From an uncultured Hormoscilla sp. (GTDB lineage: Bacteria > Cyanobacteriota > Cyanobacteriia > Cyanobacteriales > Desertifilaceae), in assembly GCA_963921275.4 (NCBI GenBank), contig OZ001293.3, positions 1,088,001 to 1,152,000 on the forward strand: a stretch of 64,000 bases of DNA. Direction: 5' to 3'. Position numbers and translations under genes: made by a program. Shown piece by piece: positions 47,860-59,291 of the stretch (the stretch's first letter is position 1; every line of letters starts with the position of its first letter). The notes under the pieces are model-generated. The model was not told the origin of the DNA. It saw only the letters and a program-made list of their open reading frames with translations, and did no database searches.

Positions 47860-49040
47860 AGAAAGACTACACCGATGTCCGATACGGAAGTTTGTGAATT
47901 ATTGTTCAATGCCATTCGCGAACGAGAACCTAATTTAGTGGATAAGGTACAAGGTCTAGACGGGGAATTGTTAAAATTATTGCGGATTATTTGCTTGCAA
48001 CTAATGTTGATGATTTTCACCTACTTAAGTTCTCAGGTAACAGCAGATGGGAAGGAAAAAGGGTATAAAGTTCACCGTCATCTACGAGTAGAATATTTCT
48101 GATATTTGGTCCGATAGAAGTAGAATCACCCTATCTGTGGTGCCGCAAAACGCTCACAAGGGTTACGTCCCGTCAAAGACAAACTAGGTATTACTGATCT
48201 CAGACGTTCTGTAGCTTTAGAAAAAGCCTTAGTAGATTTTGGAGCTTGTCAATCTTATTTGCAAGCGGCTAAGCAATTTGAACAACACTATGGATGGGAG
48301 TATCGATCGTTATCGAATCAGAAGATCGGTCGTCAAAACGGCTCCACAAGCAGAGGAATATGTTGCTCGACGACTATAAAGTTCAAGAGCCGAATATAAT
48401 AAACCTCTTGATTCCAGACCAGGAGAACCACAAATTTTACTTAGGCTTGATGGTAGTCATATTTGTACTGGTATCTTTCAATTAGCTGAAACGAAAGAGT
48501 TAACAAAAAAACGACAACTGCCGAAAAAATAACCGACGACAGAGTAGTGGAACCTGTGAAGTTAGAGTAGGTTTCGCGCGTCCACTTGAAGATAAAGAAA
48601 AACGCCATTTTGTATGTGCAAGAATGAGCAAGTATCCAGAGGTGGTAAATCTATTGGTAAGTGCGGCAATAGATCGAGGTATGTCTTCACTTAGTAAAGT
48701 CTATGCAGTAGGAGATGGTGCTCATGGGCTATGCTCAGCTCAGAACTGCAAAAACAATTTAACAACTTACAATTTATCCTAGATCGTTGCCATCTCAAAC
48801 AACATCTTTATGAAACGGCTGAAGCTCTAGGACTAGAGGGAAGCAAAAAGCATAATTTGGTAAATAAAGAACTCTAATTTATTGATGCCGGGAAAGTACA
48901 ACAACTATTGACAAACTTCAAGAAATATCTGGTTGGTAGTGACGGTTCGGTGGAGTTGACTGCCAAAGGGAAAGATCGTTTAGCCCGTTTGTGTAAGGAT
49001 CTTAAACAATTTGATAATTGCATTAATTATGGGCTACCAA
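47860..49040 (+). pseudogene. Degraded transposase (UPF0236/ISLre2-like)
   Basis: IFGPIEVESPYLW, ALVDFGA, YAVGDGAHGL, and LDRCHLKQHLYETAEAL fragments. Confidence 0.6.
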
Positions 49041-49147
49041 CTTAAGCCGGGACAGTAAGTCTGGGTAAGGGATTCGACGGTTGTCTAAAAGATGACTGTC
49101 GTGGCAGAGGGAGTTCACCCATATGGTTTACCACCCACTCAAATAAG

Positions 49148-49417
49148 TTGGGAGACCCAGTCATAGGGGGCAATACTTCGGAATCTATCTCTGTAGATAT
49201 CTCCCGTCAGACTTGGCGGGGTGTTGACAACAGAGAAAGGTCTGGGGCGCACAGTCCCTATATAGGGGCATCTGGTCAAATTGTCGAAGCGACGGGTTGG
49301 ATACAGCATCCCTATGGGATGATCGAGCTAGTTGCCCATCTCGGGCCCATGAGTAGTCCCGGGTTAAAACCGGTTTCCTGCCAGGATTTATCTTCCATGA
49401 TTAATAGAGAAGAATAG
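49148..49417 (+). pseudogene. C-terminal remnant of a filamentous-haemagglutinin-domain (TpsA-like) protein
   Basis: IVEATGW...G.IELVA; near-identical to 54637-54857. Confidence 0.7.
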
Positions 49418-51113
49418 CCGATGAAAAAAAATCCTATTACCTTGAAGTTATTGGGTCAGATAGAGGCAACTTTAGCTTTCCAGTTTGGTGCCAACGGTAG
49501 CCCAGTCCAAGCTCAAATAGTACCTGACGCCACCCTGCCAAGTAATTCCCGGGTTACCAGGGATGGCACAAGCTTCACCATTGACGGGGGAACAGTCAGG
49601 GTCCCAACCATTTTCACAGTTTTACTGAATTTTCTGTTCCCACTGGCGCCGAAGCATTCTTCAACAATGCAGAAGGCATTGAGAACATCATTACCCGCGT
49701 TACGGGGGACACAATATCCAATATTGATGGATTAATTCGCGCGGGGGGCGATGCTAACCTGTTTCTCCTTAACCTCAACGGCATTGTTTTTGAATCAAAT
49801 GCCAGACTCGACATCGGTGGTTCGTTTTTTGCCAGTACCGCTGACAGGATGCTGTTTGATGATGGTAGCAGCTTCAGCGCCACAAATCCGGCAAGTAAGC
49901 CATTGCTGACGATTAATGTTCCCATTGGCTTACAATGGAATGGACAGAATCAAGGAACCATTCTAGTAAGAGGCACTGGACAGCATCTCAAGGTTGAAGG
50001 ACGCATAGTTTCACCATCGGTTGTCGGAGCAGGTCAAAGCGACACAGGTCTGCGGGTAAACCCCGGTACGGTAAGACCCTAGCTCTAGTTGGGGGGAATG
50101 TCAGTTTTGATGGTGGGATATTGACAGCACCAGGAGGACGAGTAGAATTAGGTGCTCTCGCCCAAGGAAAGGTTGAGTTCAATCAATTTGACGGCAGTTT
50201 GAACTATGAGGGAGTGGAAAGTTTCGGTGACATCCTACTCGAGAGACAAGCATTAGTTGATGCTAGTGGGGTTGGTGGGAGCGCAATTCAGGTACAAGGA
50301 CGAAGTCTGGAACTCCGGGATGGTTCATTGATTGGTAGTGATAAATATGTAGTGATAGAACATTCCATCCCTCTATTAATCCTTACTTTTCTTAGGAATG
50401 ATATAACAGCTCTTTATCTTAGCCAAATTGATAGCAATGATAAAATATTCTCATGTATAGCCCATCAGAAAAATGCTCTTATGTTATTAGTCAAAAGCGA
50501 GTATAGACTTATGAACACATCATCATCTTTAGGGTCGCGACCCAATTGCCCTTATTGTAATTGTGAGCGAACAGTAAAAAATGGTAGTACTCATAATAAA
50601 AAGCAAAAATATGTAAAAAATCGGCAATAAATTGAAAACCCGACAGCAGGTATCGTCCGAAAAGAAAAAGAATATAGATGAGCTATTACTTGAAAGAATA
50701 GGCAAGTATTGCGCGTCGAGTAAAGCTTTCACAAACCTGGCGTTAATAAAAAATCTGCCGTGAGATAAAGGTTTCAGACAAGCCCAAAGGAAAATTGACT
50801 ATTGAATGTGATGAAATGTGGTCTTGGGAATAAAGAAAACAAACACTTGATACAAAAACAAGAGAAATTGTAGGAGTTGGGCGATCGCAAAAAAATTGTG
50901 GAAATATTTACCTTTATCGACGCATTTTTTTACTTTTTGGGAAGCATATAACACAGTAATACCGAAGTCATAAAGCGGTAGGTAAAGAAACTGGAAAAAC
51001 TAATCATATTGAAAGGTTAAACAACGAGGCAAAGAATTAGTCGCTTGGTTCGGAAAACATTATCATTCTCTAAGAAGAAAATCACGCGATTTGGTATTTT
51101 GTGCATGATTACA

Positions 51114-54100
51114 GTGCGATTTTTTTTATTGTAAAATGACTTGACACAGGTCCAAAAAAATGGAACACTAGCAGGGTTCCATTAGCCCTGACAACTTTTA
51201 GATGATGGTGGTGAAAGCCCACCCCTCCAGGTGCAGGAGTGACAGCACTCTTCCGACGGTAGCGATGGCATCAATCCGTAAAGCGGGAGAGAAAGGCGCA
51301 ATAACTGGCAGCTTAAACCGGTTACCGTCAAGCAAGTAGTCATGGTGAGCAAAAGCAAAGGCTCATAAGTGTCGTTATACCAAACCAGCGAAAAGGCTGA
51401 TACGCTGGCCCAAAAGGGAAAGGATACAGGTCATTGGCGGTTGTAATTCGACCAATAAGCACTGACAACAAACCCGGCATATAGAGTCCACCTAAAACTA
51501 CGACCAATCATCTAGAGGAACGAAGTAAACCAGGTACATACTCTCAACCACCGGTCGATAGGTTGAGTAGCCACCACAGGCGCAACATCTGCTCTCCGGA
51601 AGGCAGGTTGTATCTGGGAAAGATTTCGAGGAGAAGCCAACGCCTGTCTGTAATGGATAGGATATGCAGGTGCGATTCGTTCAGGCGTAAACCGGTGACG
51701 GTGAAAGTCTGGTCTGGTTTCATTTGCTAGACAACTCTGGTTATCATGGGGGTTAAATTCCCTCTCCCCAGGTGTGGGGGGTCGAGGGTACTACCGGTCC
51801 TTAGTGCTGCGGAGTCACATCGCCGTGGTGCTCCGCTAGGACTTAAATGTAGGGTAGCTGGCAGCCTAAGCTAGCAACACCGCGCTTGTTAGATGTTCAT
51901 GGTTAGAACAAGCGAACCTGTGTAAGCCTCGTCACCTATAACCAGCGGAATAAGGCTGATACGCTGGCCCAAAAGGGAAATGGTAGTTAGTGTTGGTAAT
52001 CTGTACTTACTAGCATCGCACTCGAAGAACTCCCGGGGTATAGCAGGAACCTAAAAGCATCGAGAAATGATACCAGGGAACGAAGTAACCTCTTGTGTGC
52101 AGTTCGGCTCAACGGGGCCGAACCAGTTAGATGTACGTCCGCGTAGCGTGCGCGGAGCGCATAGCGCAAGCCACGAGGGGAAGGATGTCCTAAGAAGCAA
52201 ATGCCCGGGGTAATGCCCGTGGATAAGCTGACGTCGGACGGATATGGTAAGAAGCCTTTGGTGAAAGTAGCCCTAATATGTCGCAAAACTTAGGAGAAAT
52301 CCAAAAGTATGAATATGGACTAGAGTCTCAGCCGGGTAAAGTTCAGAGCCCCGATAAATCAGGAATGGGGAAATGTTAGTAAAGAGCGGTTAGACCGGTT
52401 TGCTGAACTACCCTCCGCGAACCTTCCGGAGCTGAAATCATTAACGGTCCAATAGGATTGACCATAAGGGGTAAAATTACAGAGGGTAAGGGGAAACGGG
52501 GTGACCTAATTATTGATGATGATATGCCTAAGGACAAGCCCCAGCGGTGAAAGTCGCAAGTCCGGTTTCGCTCTTGGAGGGTTGGGAAGTGATTCCCAGC
52601 TCGACCCCGACCACGCCCTCACGGTAACGTTAATTGTAAAGTTGTAAGTAGCAATACACAGGTCATGAGCACGATTTCCGAATCGATGAATGAATGAAAG
52701 GATACCCCCTGGCCTCGGCTGGAGCGGGTAGTCTTTAAGTTGCAAAAGCGAATTTACAGAGCGGCAATGGAAGGCGTAATAAGCGACCAGTTCGCAGACT
52801 CCAAAGGTTACTGGTAAAATCCCGGGCTGCCAAAAGTCTAGCGGTACGACAGGTAACTCAAGACAACCAGGGAAAGAAGACGGCGGGAGTGGACAGTGTA
52901 AAAGCACTGACCCCAAAGCAACGCTCAGAACTGGTAGGACGGATTGAAATCTCAAACAAGGCCAAACCTACACGTCGTGTATGGATACCAAAGCCGGGGA
53001 GAGAGGAGAAGCGTCCTTTAGGAATACCAACGATGTACGACCGTGCGACACAGGGACTCCTCAAGATTGCGCTCGAACCCGAATGGGAAGCGTACATGGA
53101 AGGGAACTCCTATGGATTCAGACCGGGTCGGGGATGCCACGATGCAATCAAGGCAATATTTAACAGCATCAGATATAAACCCAAGTGGGTATTGGATGCC
53201 GATATTGCAAAATGTTTCGATAAGATTGACCACAAAGCGCTAATAAAAAAATTAAATACAACGTCACCAATCCGTAAGCAGATACGGGCATGGTTAAAAG
53301 CCGGGGTGATAGACAAAGGAGAATGGCATGCAACCGAAGCGGGAACACCCCAAGGGGGAGTCATATCACCACTACTAGCCAACATAGCCCTACATGGACT
53401 AGAGGAGGCAGTAAAGGAACTCGCCAGGACACAAAAAGAAAAGCAAAAGCTGACAGTAGTCAGGTATGCTGATGACTTTGTGGTAATGCATGAAGATAGG
53501 GGAATGATAGACAGAGCGCAGATAGTGGTGGCAGAATGGCTAAAGGGAATAGGGCTAGAATTGAAAGCCGAGAAGACAAAAATAGCTCATACGCTAAAAG
53601 GAGAAAGCCCGGGGTTTGACTTCCTGGGTTTCAAAGTAAGGCAATATGAGATAGGTAAATACAGAACCGGCAAGTCAACCAACGGAACACCCCTAGGATT
53701 CAAAACCCTAATCAAACCCAGTAATAAGTCCATAGGGAAGCATAAAGAACGGCTATCAGAAATGGTGGCCAGCCATAAAGCAGCACCACAAGCAGCCTTA
53801 ATAAGTAAGCTAAACCCGATAATACGGGGATGGTCAAACTATTATAGGACAGTGGTAAGTAAAGAAACATACAGCTACATGGACCACTACCTATGGACCA
53901 TTCTCTGGCAGTGGGCAAAAAGGAGACATCCCAATAAATCCAGTCATTGGATAGCTCGTAAGTACTGGTCCCTGAGTGAGAACGGTAAATGGCGATTCCG
54001 GTGCCAAATAGGAGAGGAAGAAATAACGCTGTACAGACACTCCGAAACTGAGATAATCAGGCACATAAAAGTGAAAGGTACAGCAAGCCCATATGACGGG

Positions 54101-54448
54101 AACCTTACATATTGGAGTACGAGATTAGGCAAAAGCCCCGAGCTAAATAAGAGGGTAGCAACGCTACTCAAGAGACAAAAGGGAAAGTGCCAACAATGCG
54201 GATTAACGTTTATGGATGGTGACAAGTGGGAAGTTGACCATATCAAGCCCCTCTCATTAGGGGGTAAAAACCAGTACGACAACCTACAGTTACTACACAA
54301 ACATTGCCACGATATAAAGACTGCCAGCGATGGTAGTCACAGCCGTACCCATGACAAGGGTGGCGTTACTGAGGAGCCGGATGATGCGAAAGTATCAAGT
54401 CCGGTTTTGGAGACGAGTCGGAGGGGTGACCCTCTGGCTTAGTTTAAT
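51114..54448 (+). mobile_element. Group II intron D with an RT-maturase-HNH ORF (52664-54442; +2 frameshift near 52776)
   Basis: 5' GTGCGATTT; 3' TTAGTTTAAT; EBS1 loop TGTAAT pairs perfectly with the 5' exon ATTACA; YADD. Confidence 0.93.
51670..52612 (+). ncRNA. ORF-less group II intron E nested in D (DV looks degenerate)
   Basis: 5' GTGCGATTCGTT; 3' CTCGACCCCGACC. Removal restores GATATGCAG|ACGCCCTC, matching GATATGCTGACGCCCTC in intron G. Confidence 0.9.
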
Positions 54449-54894
54449 ACAAATGCTTGTCGGGTTAGTTGTGCCATCACTACATGTTTATCACTACCCC
54501 CATTGATATTTCAAGTCTGCTGGGAAGAGATTTCTGTCAAGTGAGTCAAGATAGTTCTTTCGTCATCACCGGACGGGCGGGTTACCTGGGAGTCCTAGGG
54601 ACTATCTTACTGGTAACCTTGTGAGAGTTGGCTTGGTAGACCCAGTCATAGGGGGCAATACTTCTGAATCTACCTCTGTCGATATATCTCGTCAGACTTG
54701 GCTGGGTGTTGACAACAGAGAAAGGTCTGGGGCGCACAGTCCCTATATAGGGGCATCTGGTCAAATTGTCGAAGCGACGGGTTGGATACGGCATCCCGAT
54801 GGGACGATCGAGCTAGTTGCCTATCTCGGGCCATGAGTAGTCCCGGGTTAAAACCTGTTGAGTGCAGCGATCTGAGATAATGCTCAATGTAAAT

Positions 54895-55121
54895 TACAAT
54901 AGTCCGGACCGTTTTGGCTGTACGTAGCTGCAAGCCTTGCGATGCACTCGGGGCGCGCTACTCGCACTACCCCTCGCGCATCGCAGCGTCAGCCTTTGCT
55001 CGATAGAGCAATTTTAGGCAAGTTAGCCCTGGGGCAGACATTGAAAAAAATAAGGCGCTTTTGGTTGCAACCCTTGTGTTGTGGTCGTTCTGAGGGTCTA
55101 AAAACTGTCCGGAGTATTGTA
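54895..55121. mobile_element. MITE with TA-bounded inverted ends (IS630-like)
   Basis: TACAATAGTCCGGAC / GTCCGGAGTATTGTA; contains a palindromic small repeat at ~54939-54984. Confidence 0.7.
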
Positions 55122-56147
55122 GAATGAAATAGCCCTGCCGATCTGTCCAGTTGATAAACCTCTAGCCATCCCCGATCGGGATCGAAGATAGCATAAGTAG
55201 GAAGAAGCAGGATCTGCTCGTAGTAGTACCATTTTCCTGGGGGATGTTTGGATTGTGCGATGAGTTCTAGCCTAACGTAGTCAAATACGGAACGCTAGCC
55301 TAGGAAACTAGGAACTCTGATATTCATGGGGGTTAAATTCCCTCTCCCCAGGCGCGGGGGTAACCGCGTGAGGTGCTGCGGAGTAACATCACCGTGGTGC
55401 CTCCCGAGGACTTAAATGTAGGATAGCTGACAGCCTAAGTCGGTGACGCCGCGCTTGTTAGATGTCCAAGGTCAGAACAAGCAAATTCATGTAAGCCTCG
55501 TCACATCCAACCAGCGAAATAAGGCTTTATGCGCTGGCCCAAAAGGGAAAGTAGTTAGTATTGGTTATTATCCATGACCAATATCGTGCTCGAAGAACTA
55601 CCGGGGTAAAGTGGAGACCTAAAGGCATCGCGCTTCGGATATCAGGGAACGAAGTAACTACTCGTGTACTGTCCGATCGGACCAGTCAGATGTGAAGCGC
55701 AAGTCACGGGTAGAGAGATGGCCCAAGAAGCAAATGCCTGGAGTAATGTCTAGGATAAGCAGACGTGCGGTGAGGGTGGGTGATAGTAGGAAGTCTCGGG
55801 TAAAAGTAGCTCTAAAACGTTATCAGCCCTTCACTGCGAAGTGATGAGGAATAAATTACTGGTAAAACGGACGTGAAAATGGTGATACTAAAGGTTATCC
55901 GGCAGCGCCACTCACCAACCAGTGAAGGAGCAAAATCGCATGAGACAAGGGACAATGAGAGTAATGTGCGATTCGTTTAGTGTAAACCACCGGCGATAAG
56001 TCGATGGGGGACCACTGGCAGGGTTCCATCAGCCCTGACAACTTCTAGATGATGGTGGTGAAAGTCCACCCCTCCAGGTGCAGGAGTGACAGCACTTACC
56101 CGACGGTAGCGATGGCATCAATCCGTAAAGCGGGTAAGAAAGGCGCA

Positions 56148-57089
56148 GTGCGAATCGTTTTGGCGTAAGTCTGAAATATGGCGATCGCCGGGCTGGTTAA
56201 TACCAGCAACTCTGGTCATCATGGGGTTCAATTCCCCTTCCCCCAGGTACGGGGGTGACCGCGTGAGGTGCTGCGGAGTAACATTACCGTGGTGCCTCCC
56301 GAGGACAAATGTAGGATAAGGTCTCAGCCCAGAGACCGACGCCGCATGGCTGCGCCACGCTGCGCGATCGGAAAGAGGCTCATGGTTAGAGCAAGCGAAT
56401 CCCTGTAAGCATCGTCATCTTAAACAAGCGAAAAGAGGCTGACACGCTTGGTGCAAAATGCGCACGCAGTCCGCGTATCAGTGGTTGCACGTCACTGATA
56501 TCGTACCCGAAATGACTGCCGGTGTATAGGGGAGACCTAAAAGCCTCGTGAAATGATACCAGGGAACGTTCCGGACAAGAGCGGTGCTGTCCAGATGGAC
56601 AAGTCAGATGTGCGTCCGCGTAGCGTGCGCGCAGCGCCTAGCGCATGCCCGCGTGGGGAGGGAGGTCCTAAGAAGCTAATGCCCGGGGTAATGCCTGTGG
56701 ATATGCAGACGTAGGACGGATATGGTAAAAAGCTCTAGGAGATAGTAGCCCTCTAAACGTGCTTAACCAGTGGCAACACTAGGTAGTAATGATGGACTGA
56801 AATCCTAACCGGGTAAAAAATTTAGAGGCCCCATACGGGCACCTGTTAGTAAAGAACGGTCATAGTGGTTTTCTAGTTCTCCCCCGTAAACCTTCCGGAG
56901 TTAGGTACTCAACTAGTTCATGACTGACCATAAAGGGGCTATATTTCATAGGGCAAGGGACAACGGGAGTAATCCCTAGTAATCCTACCCGTGACAAGGG
57001 TTTACCAACCAGTAGCCGTGTGCGGTGAAAGTCGCTCTTCAGGTTCCGAATGGGAGGATTGTCCCGCGAGGGACAGCTCGACCCCGACC
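56148..57089 (+). ncRNA. ORF-less group II intron H nested in domain I of G
   Basis: 5' GTGCGAATCGTT; DV TAGCCGTGTGCGGTGAAAGTCGC; 3' CTCGACCCCGACC. Removal restores AGGCGCA|ATAACTGG as in intron D. Confidence 0.9.
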
Positions 57090-57512
57090 ATAACTGGTAG
57101 CCTGAACCAGTTACCGCCAAGCAAGTAGTCATGGTGAGCGAAAGCAAAGACTCATATAAGTGTCGTTACATTGAACCAGCGAAAAGGCTGATGCGCTGGC
57201 CCAAAAGGGAAAGGATACAGGTCATTGGCGGTTGTTTTTCCGACCAATAAGCACTGACAATAAACCCGGCATAGAAAGTCCACCTAAAACTACGACCAAT
57301 CATCTAGAGGAACGAAGTAAACCAGGTACATACTCTCAACCACAGGTCGATAGGTTGAGTAGCCACCACAGGCGCAACATCTGCTTTTATTTGGCAGGTT
57401 GTATCTGGGAGAGATTTCGTGGAGAAGCTAACGCCCTTCTGTAATGGACGGGATATGCTGACGCCCTCACGGTAACGTCAATTGTGAAGTTGTAAGTAGC
57501 AATGCATACGTC

Positions 57513-59291
57513 ATGAGCACGATCTCCGAATCGATGAATGAATGGAAGGATACCCCCTGGCGAAAGTTGGATCGGGTAGTCTTTAAGTTGCAAAAACGAA
57601 TTTACAGAGCGGCAATGGAAGGCAATAAGCGAACGGTTCGCAGACTCCAAAGGTTACTGGTAAAATCCCGGGCTGCCAAAAGTCTAGCGGTACGACAGGT
57701 AACTCAAGACAACCAGGGAAAGAAGACAGCGGGAGTGGACGGTGTAAAAGCACTGACCCCAAAGCAACGCTTAGAACTGGTAGGACAAATTGAAATCTCA
57801 AACAAGGCCAAACCTACACGTCGTGTATGGATACCAAAACCAGGGAGAGACGAAAAGCGTCCACTAGGAATACCAACGATGTACGACCGGGCGACACAAG
57901 GACTCCTCAAAATTGCGCTTGAACCCGAATGGGAGGCGCATATGGAAGGAAACTCCTATGGTTTCAGACCGGGTAGGGGATGTCACGATGCAATACAGGC
58001 AATATTCGGAAGCATCAAACAAAAATCAAAGTGGGTATTGGATGCTGATATTGCAAAATGTTTTGACAAGATAGACCACAGGGCGCTACTGGAAAAACTG
58101 AATACAACATCACCCATTCCTAGACAAATACGGGCATGGTTAAAAGCCGGTGTGATGGACAAAGGGGAGTGGCACGCAACCGAGGCGGGAACGCCCCAAG
58201 GGGGTGTCATATCCCCACTGCTAGCCAACATAGCCCTCCACGGGTTAGAGGAGGCAGTAAAGAAACTCGCTATGACACAAAGGGAAAAGCAGAAGCTAAC
58301 AGTAGTTAGATATGCAGACGACTTTGTGATAATGCACGAGGATAGGGAGATGATAGACAGAGCGCAGACAGTGGTAGCAGAGTGGCTAAAAGGAATGGGG
58401 TTAGAGCTGAAAGCCGAAAAGACAAAGATAGCCCACACACTAATCGAAGAAAACCCGGGGTTTGATTTCCTAGGATTCAACGTAAGGCAACATCAGGTGG
58501 GAAAACACAGAACCGGCAAATCAACTCAGGGAACACCCCTAGGCTACAAAACCCTAATCAAACCCAGTAAAAAGTCCATAGGGAAACATAAAGAACGGTT
58601 ATCAGAAGTGGTAACTAGCCATAAAACAATACCGCAAGAGGCCTTGATAAGTAGGCTAAACCCAATAATACGGGGATGGTCAAACTATTACAGGACAGTG
58701 GTAAGTAAGGAAACTTACAACGATATGGATAAATACCTATGGAACATCCTATGGCAATGGGCCAAAAGGAGGCACCCTAATAAGTCAAGTCACTGGATAG
58801 CCCGTAAGTACTGGTCCGTAGACCAGGATGGTAAATGGCGATTCCGATGTAAGACAGGAGAGGGAGAGATAACGCTGCGCAAACACTCCGAAACTGAGAT
58901 AGTCAGACACGTAAAAGTGAAAGGAATAGCAAGCCCATATGACGGGAACCTTACATATTGGAGTACAAGGTTAGGCAAAAACCCCGAATTGAGTAAGAGG
59001 GTAGCAACGCTACTTAAGAAGCAAAAAGGAAAATGCCAACACTGCGGACTAACATTCAAGGACAGTGACAAATGGGAAGTTGACCAGATCAAGCCCCTTT
59101 CATTAGGAGGTAAGGACCGGTATGACAACCTACAATTACTGCACAAGCATTGCCACGACTCAAAGACTGTCAACGATGGCAGCAAAAACAGCCGTACCCA
59201 TGACAAGGGTGATGTTGCCGAGGAGCCGGATGAGGTGAAAGTCTCACGTCCGGTTCTGAAGACGAGTCGGTCCGGTGACGGACTGGCTTAG
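57513..59291 (+). CDS. Group II intron reverse transcriptase/maturase, uninterrupted 592 aa
   Basis: KRPLGIPT, SYGFRPGR, GTPQGGVISPLLANIALH, YADDF, LNPIIRGW, and CQHC; the HNH motif reads EVDQ. Confidence 0.95.
   Translation: MSTISESMNEWKDTPWRKLDRVVFKLQKRIYRAAMEGNKRTVRRLQRLLVKSRAAKSLAVRQVTQDNQGKKTAGVDGVKALTPKQRLELVGQIEISNKAKPTRRVWIPKPGRDEKRPLGIPTMYDRATQGLLKIALEPEWEAHMEGNSYGFRPGRGCHDAIQAIFGSIKQKSKWVLDADIAKCFDKIDHRALLEKLNTTSPIPRQIRAWLKAGVMDKGEWHATEAGTPQGGVISPLLANIALHGLEEAVKKLAMTQREKQKLTVVRYADDFVIMHEDREMIDRAQTVVAEWLKGMGLELKAEKTKIAHTLIEENPGFDFLGFNVRQHQVGKHRTGKSTQGTPLGYKTLIKPSKKSIGKHKERLSEVVTSHKTIPQEALISRLNPIIRGWSNYYRTVVSKETYNDMDKYLWNILWQWAKRRHPNKSSHWIARKYWSVDQDGKWRFRCKTGEGEITLRKHSETEIVRHVKVKGIASPYDGNLTYWSTRLGKNPELSKRVATLLKKQKGKCQHCGLTFKDSDKWEVDQIKPLSLGGKDRYDNLQLLHKHCHDSKTVNDGSKNSRTHDKGDVAEEPDEVKVSRPVLKTSRSGDGLA

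Larger units (their letters stand above)
50334..54498 (+). mobile_element. Degraded IS1-family element hosting introns D and E
   Basis: Inverted repeats GGTAGTGATAAATATGTAGTGAT / ATCACTACATGTTTATCACTACC; CPYC...VKNG, IECDEMWS, and KTNHIER; HDY|NKCL rejoins across the intron. Confidence 0.85.
49421..54880 (+). pseudogene. Filamentous-haemagglutinin-domain gene, frameshifted and split by IS1 (49421-50333 and 54499-54880)
   Basis: [36 protein letters not shown], and [11 protein letters not shown]; the C-terminal SSFVITGR...IVEATGW follows the IS. Confidence 0.8.

Noticed and set aside
49148..54857. Near-identical 49150-49375 and 54637-54857 segments as a DGR template/variable repeat pair
   Set aside because: Differences are not confined to adenines; they are C-termini of tandem haemagglutinin-domain paralogues.
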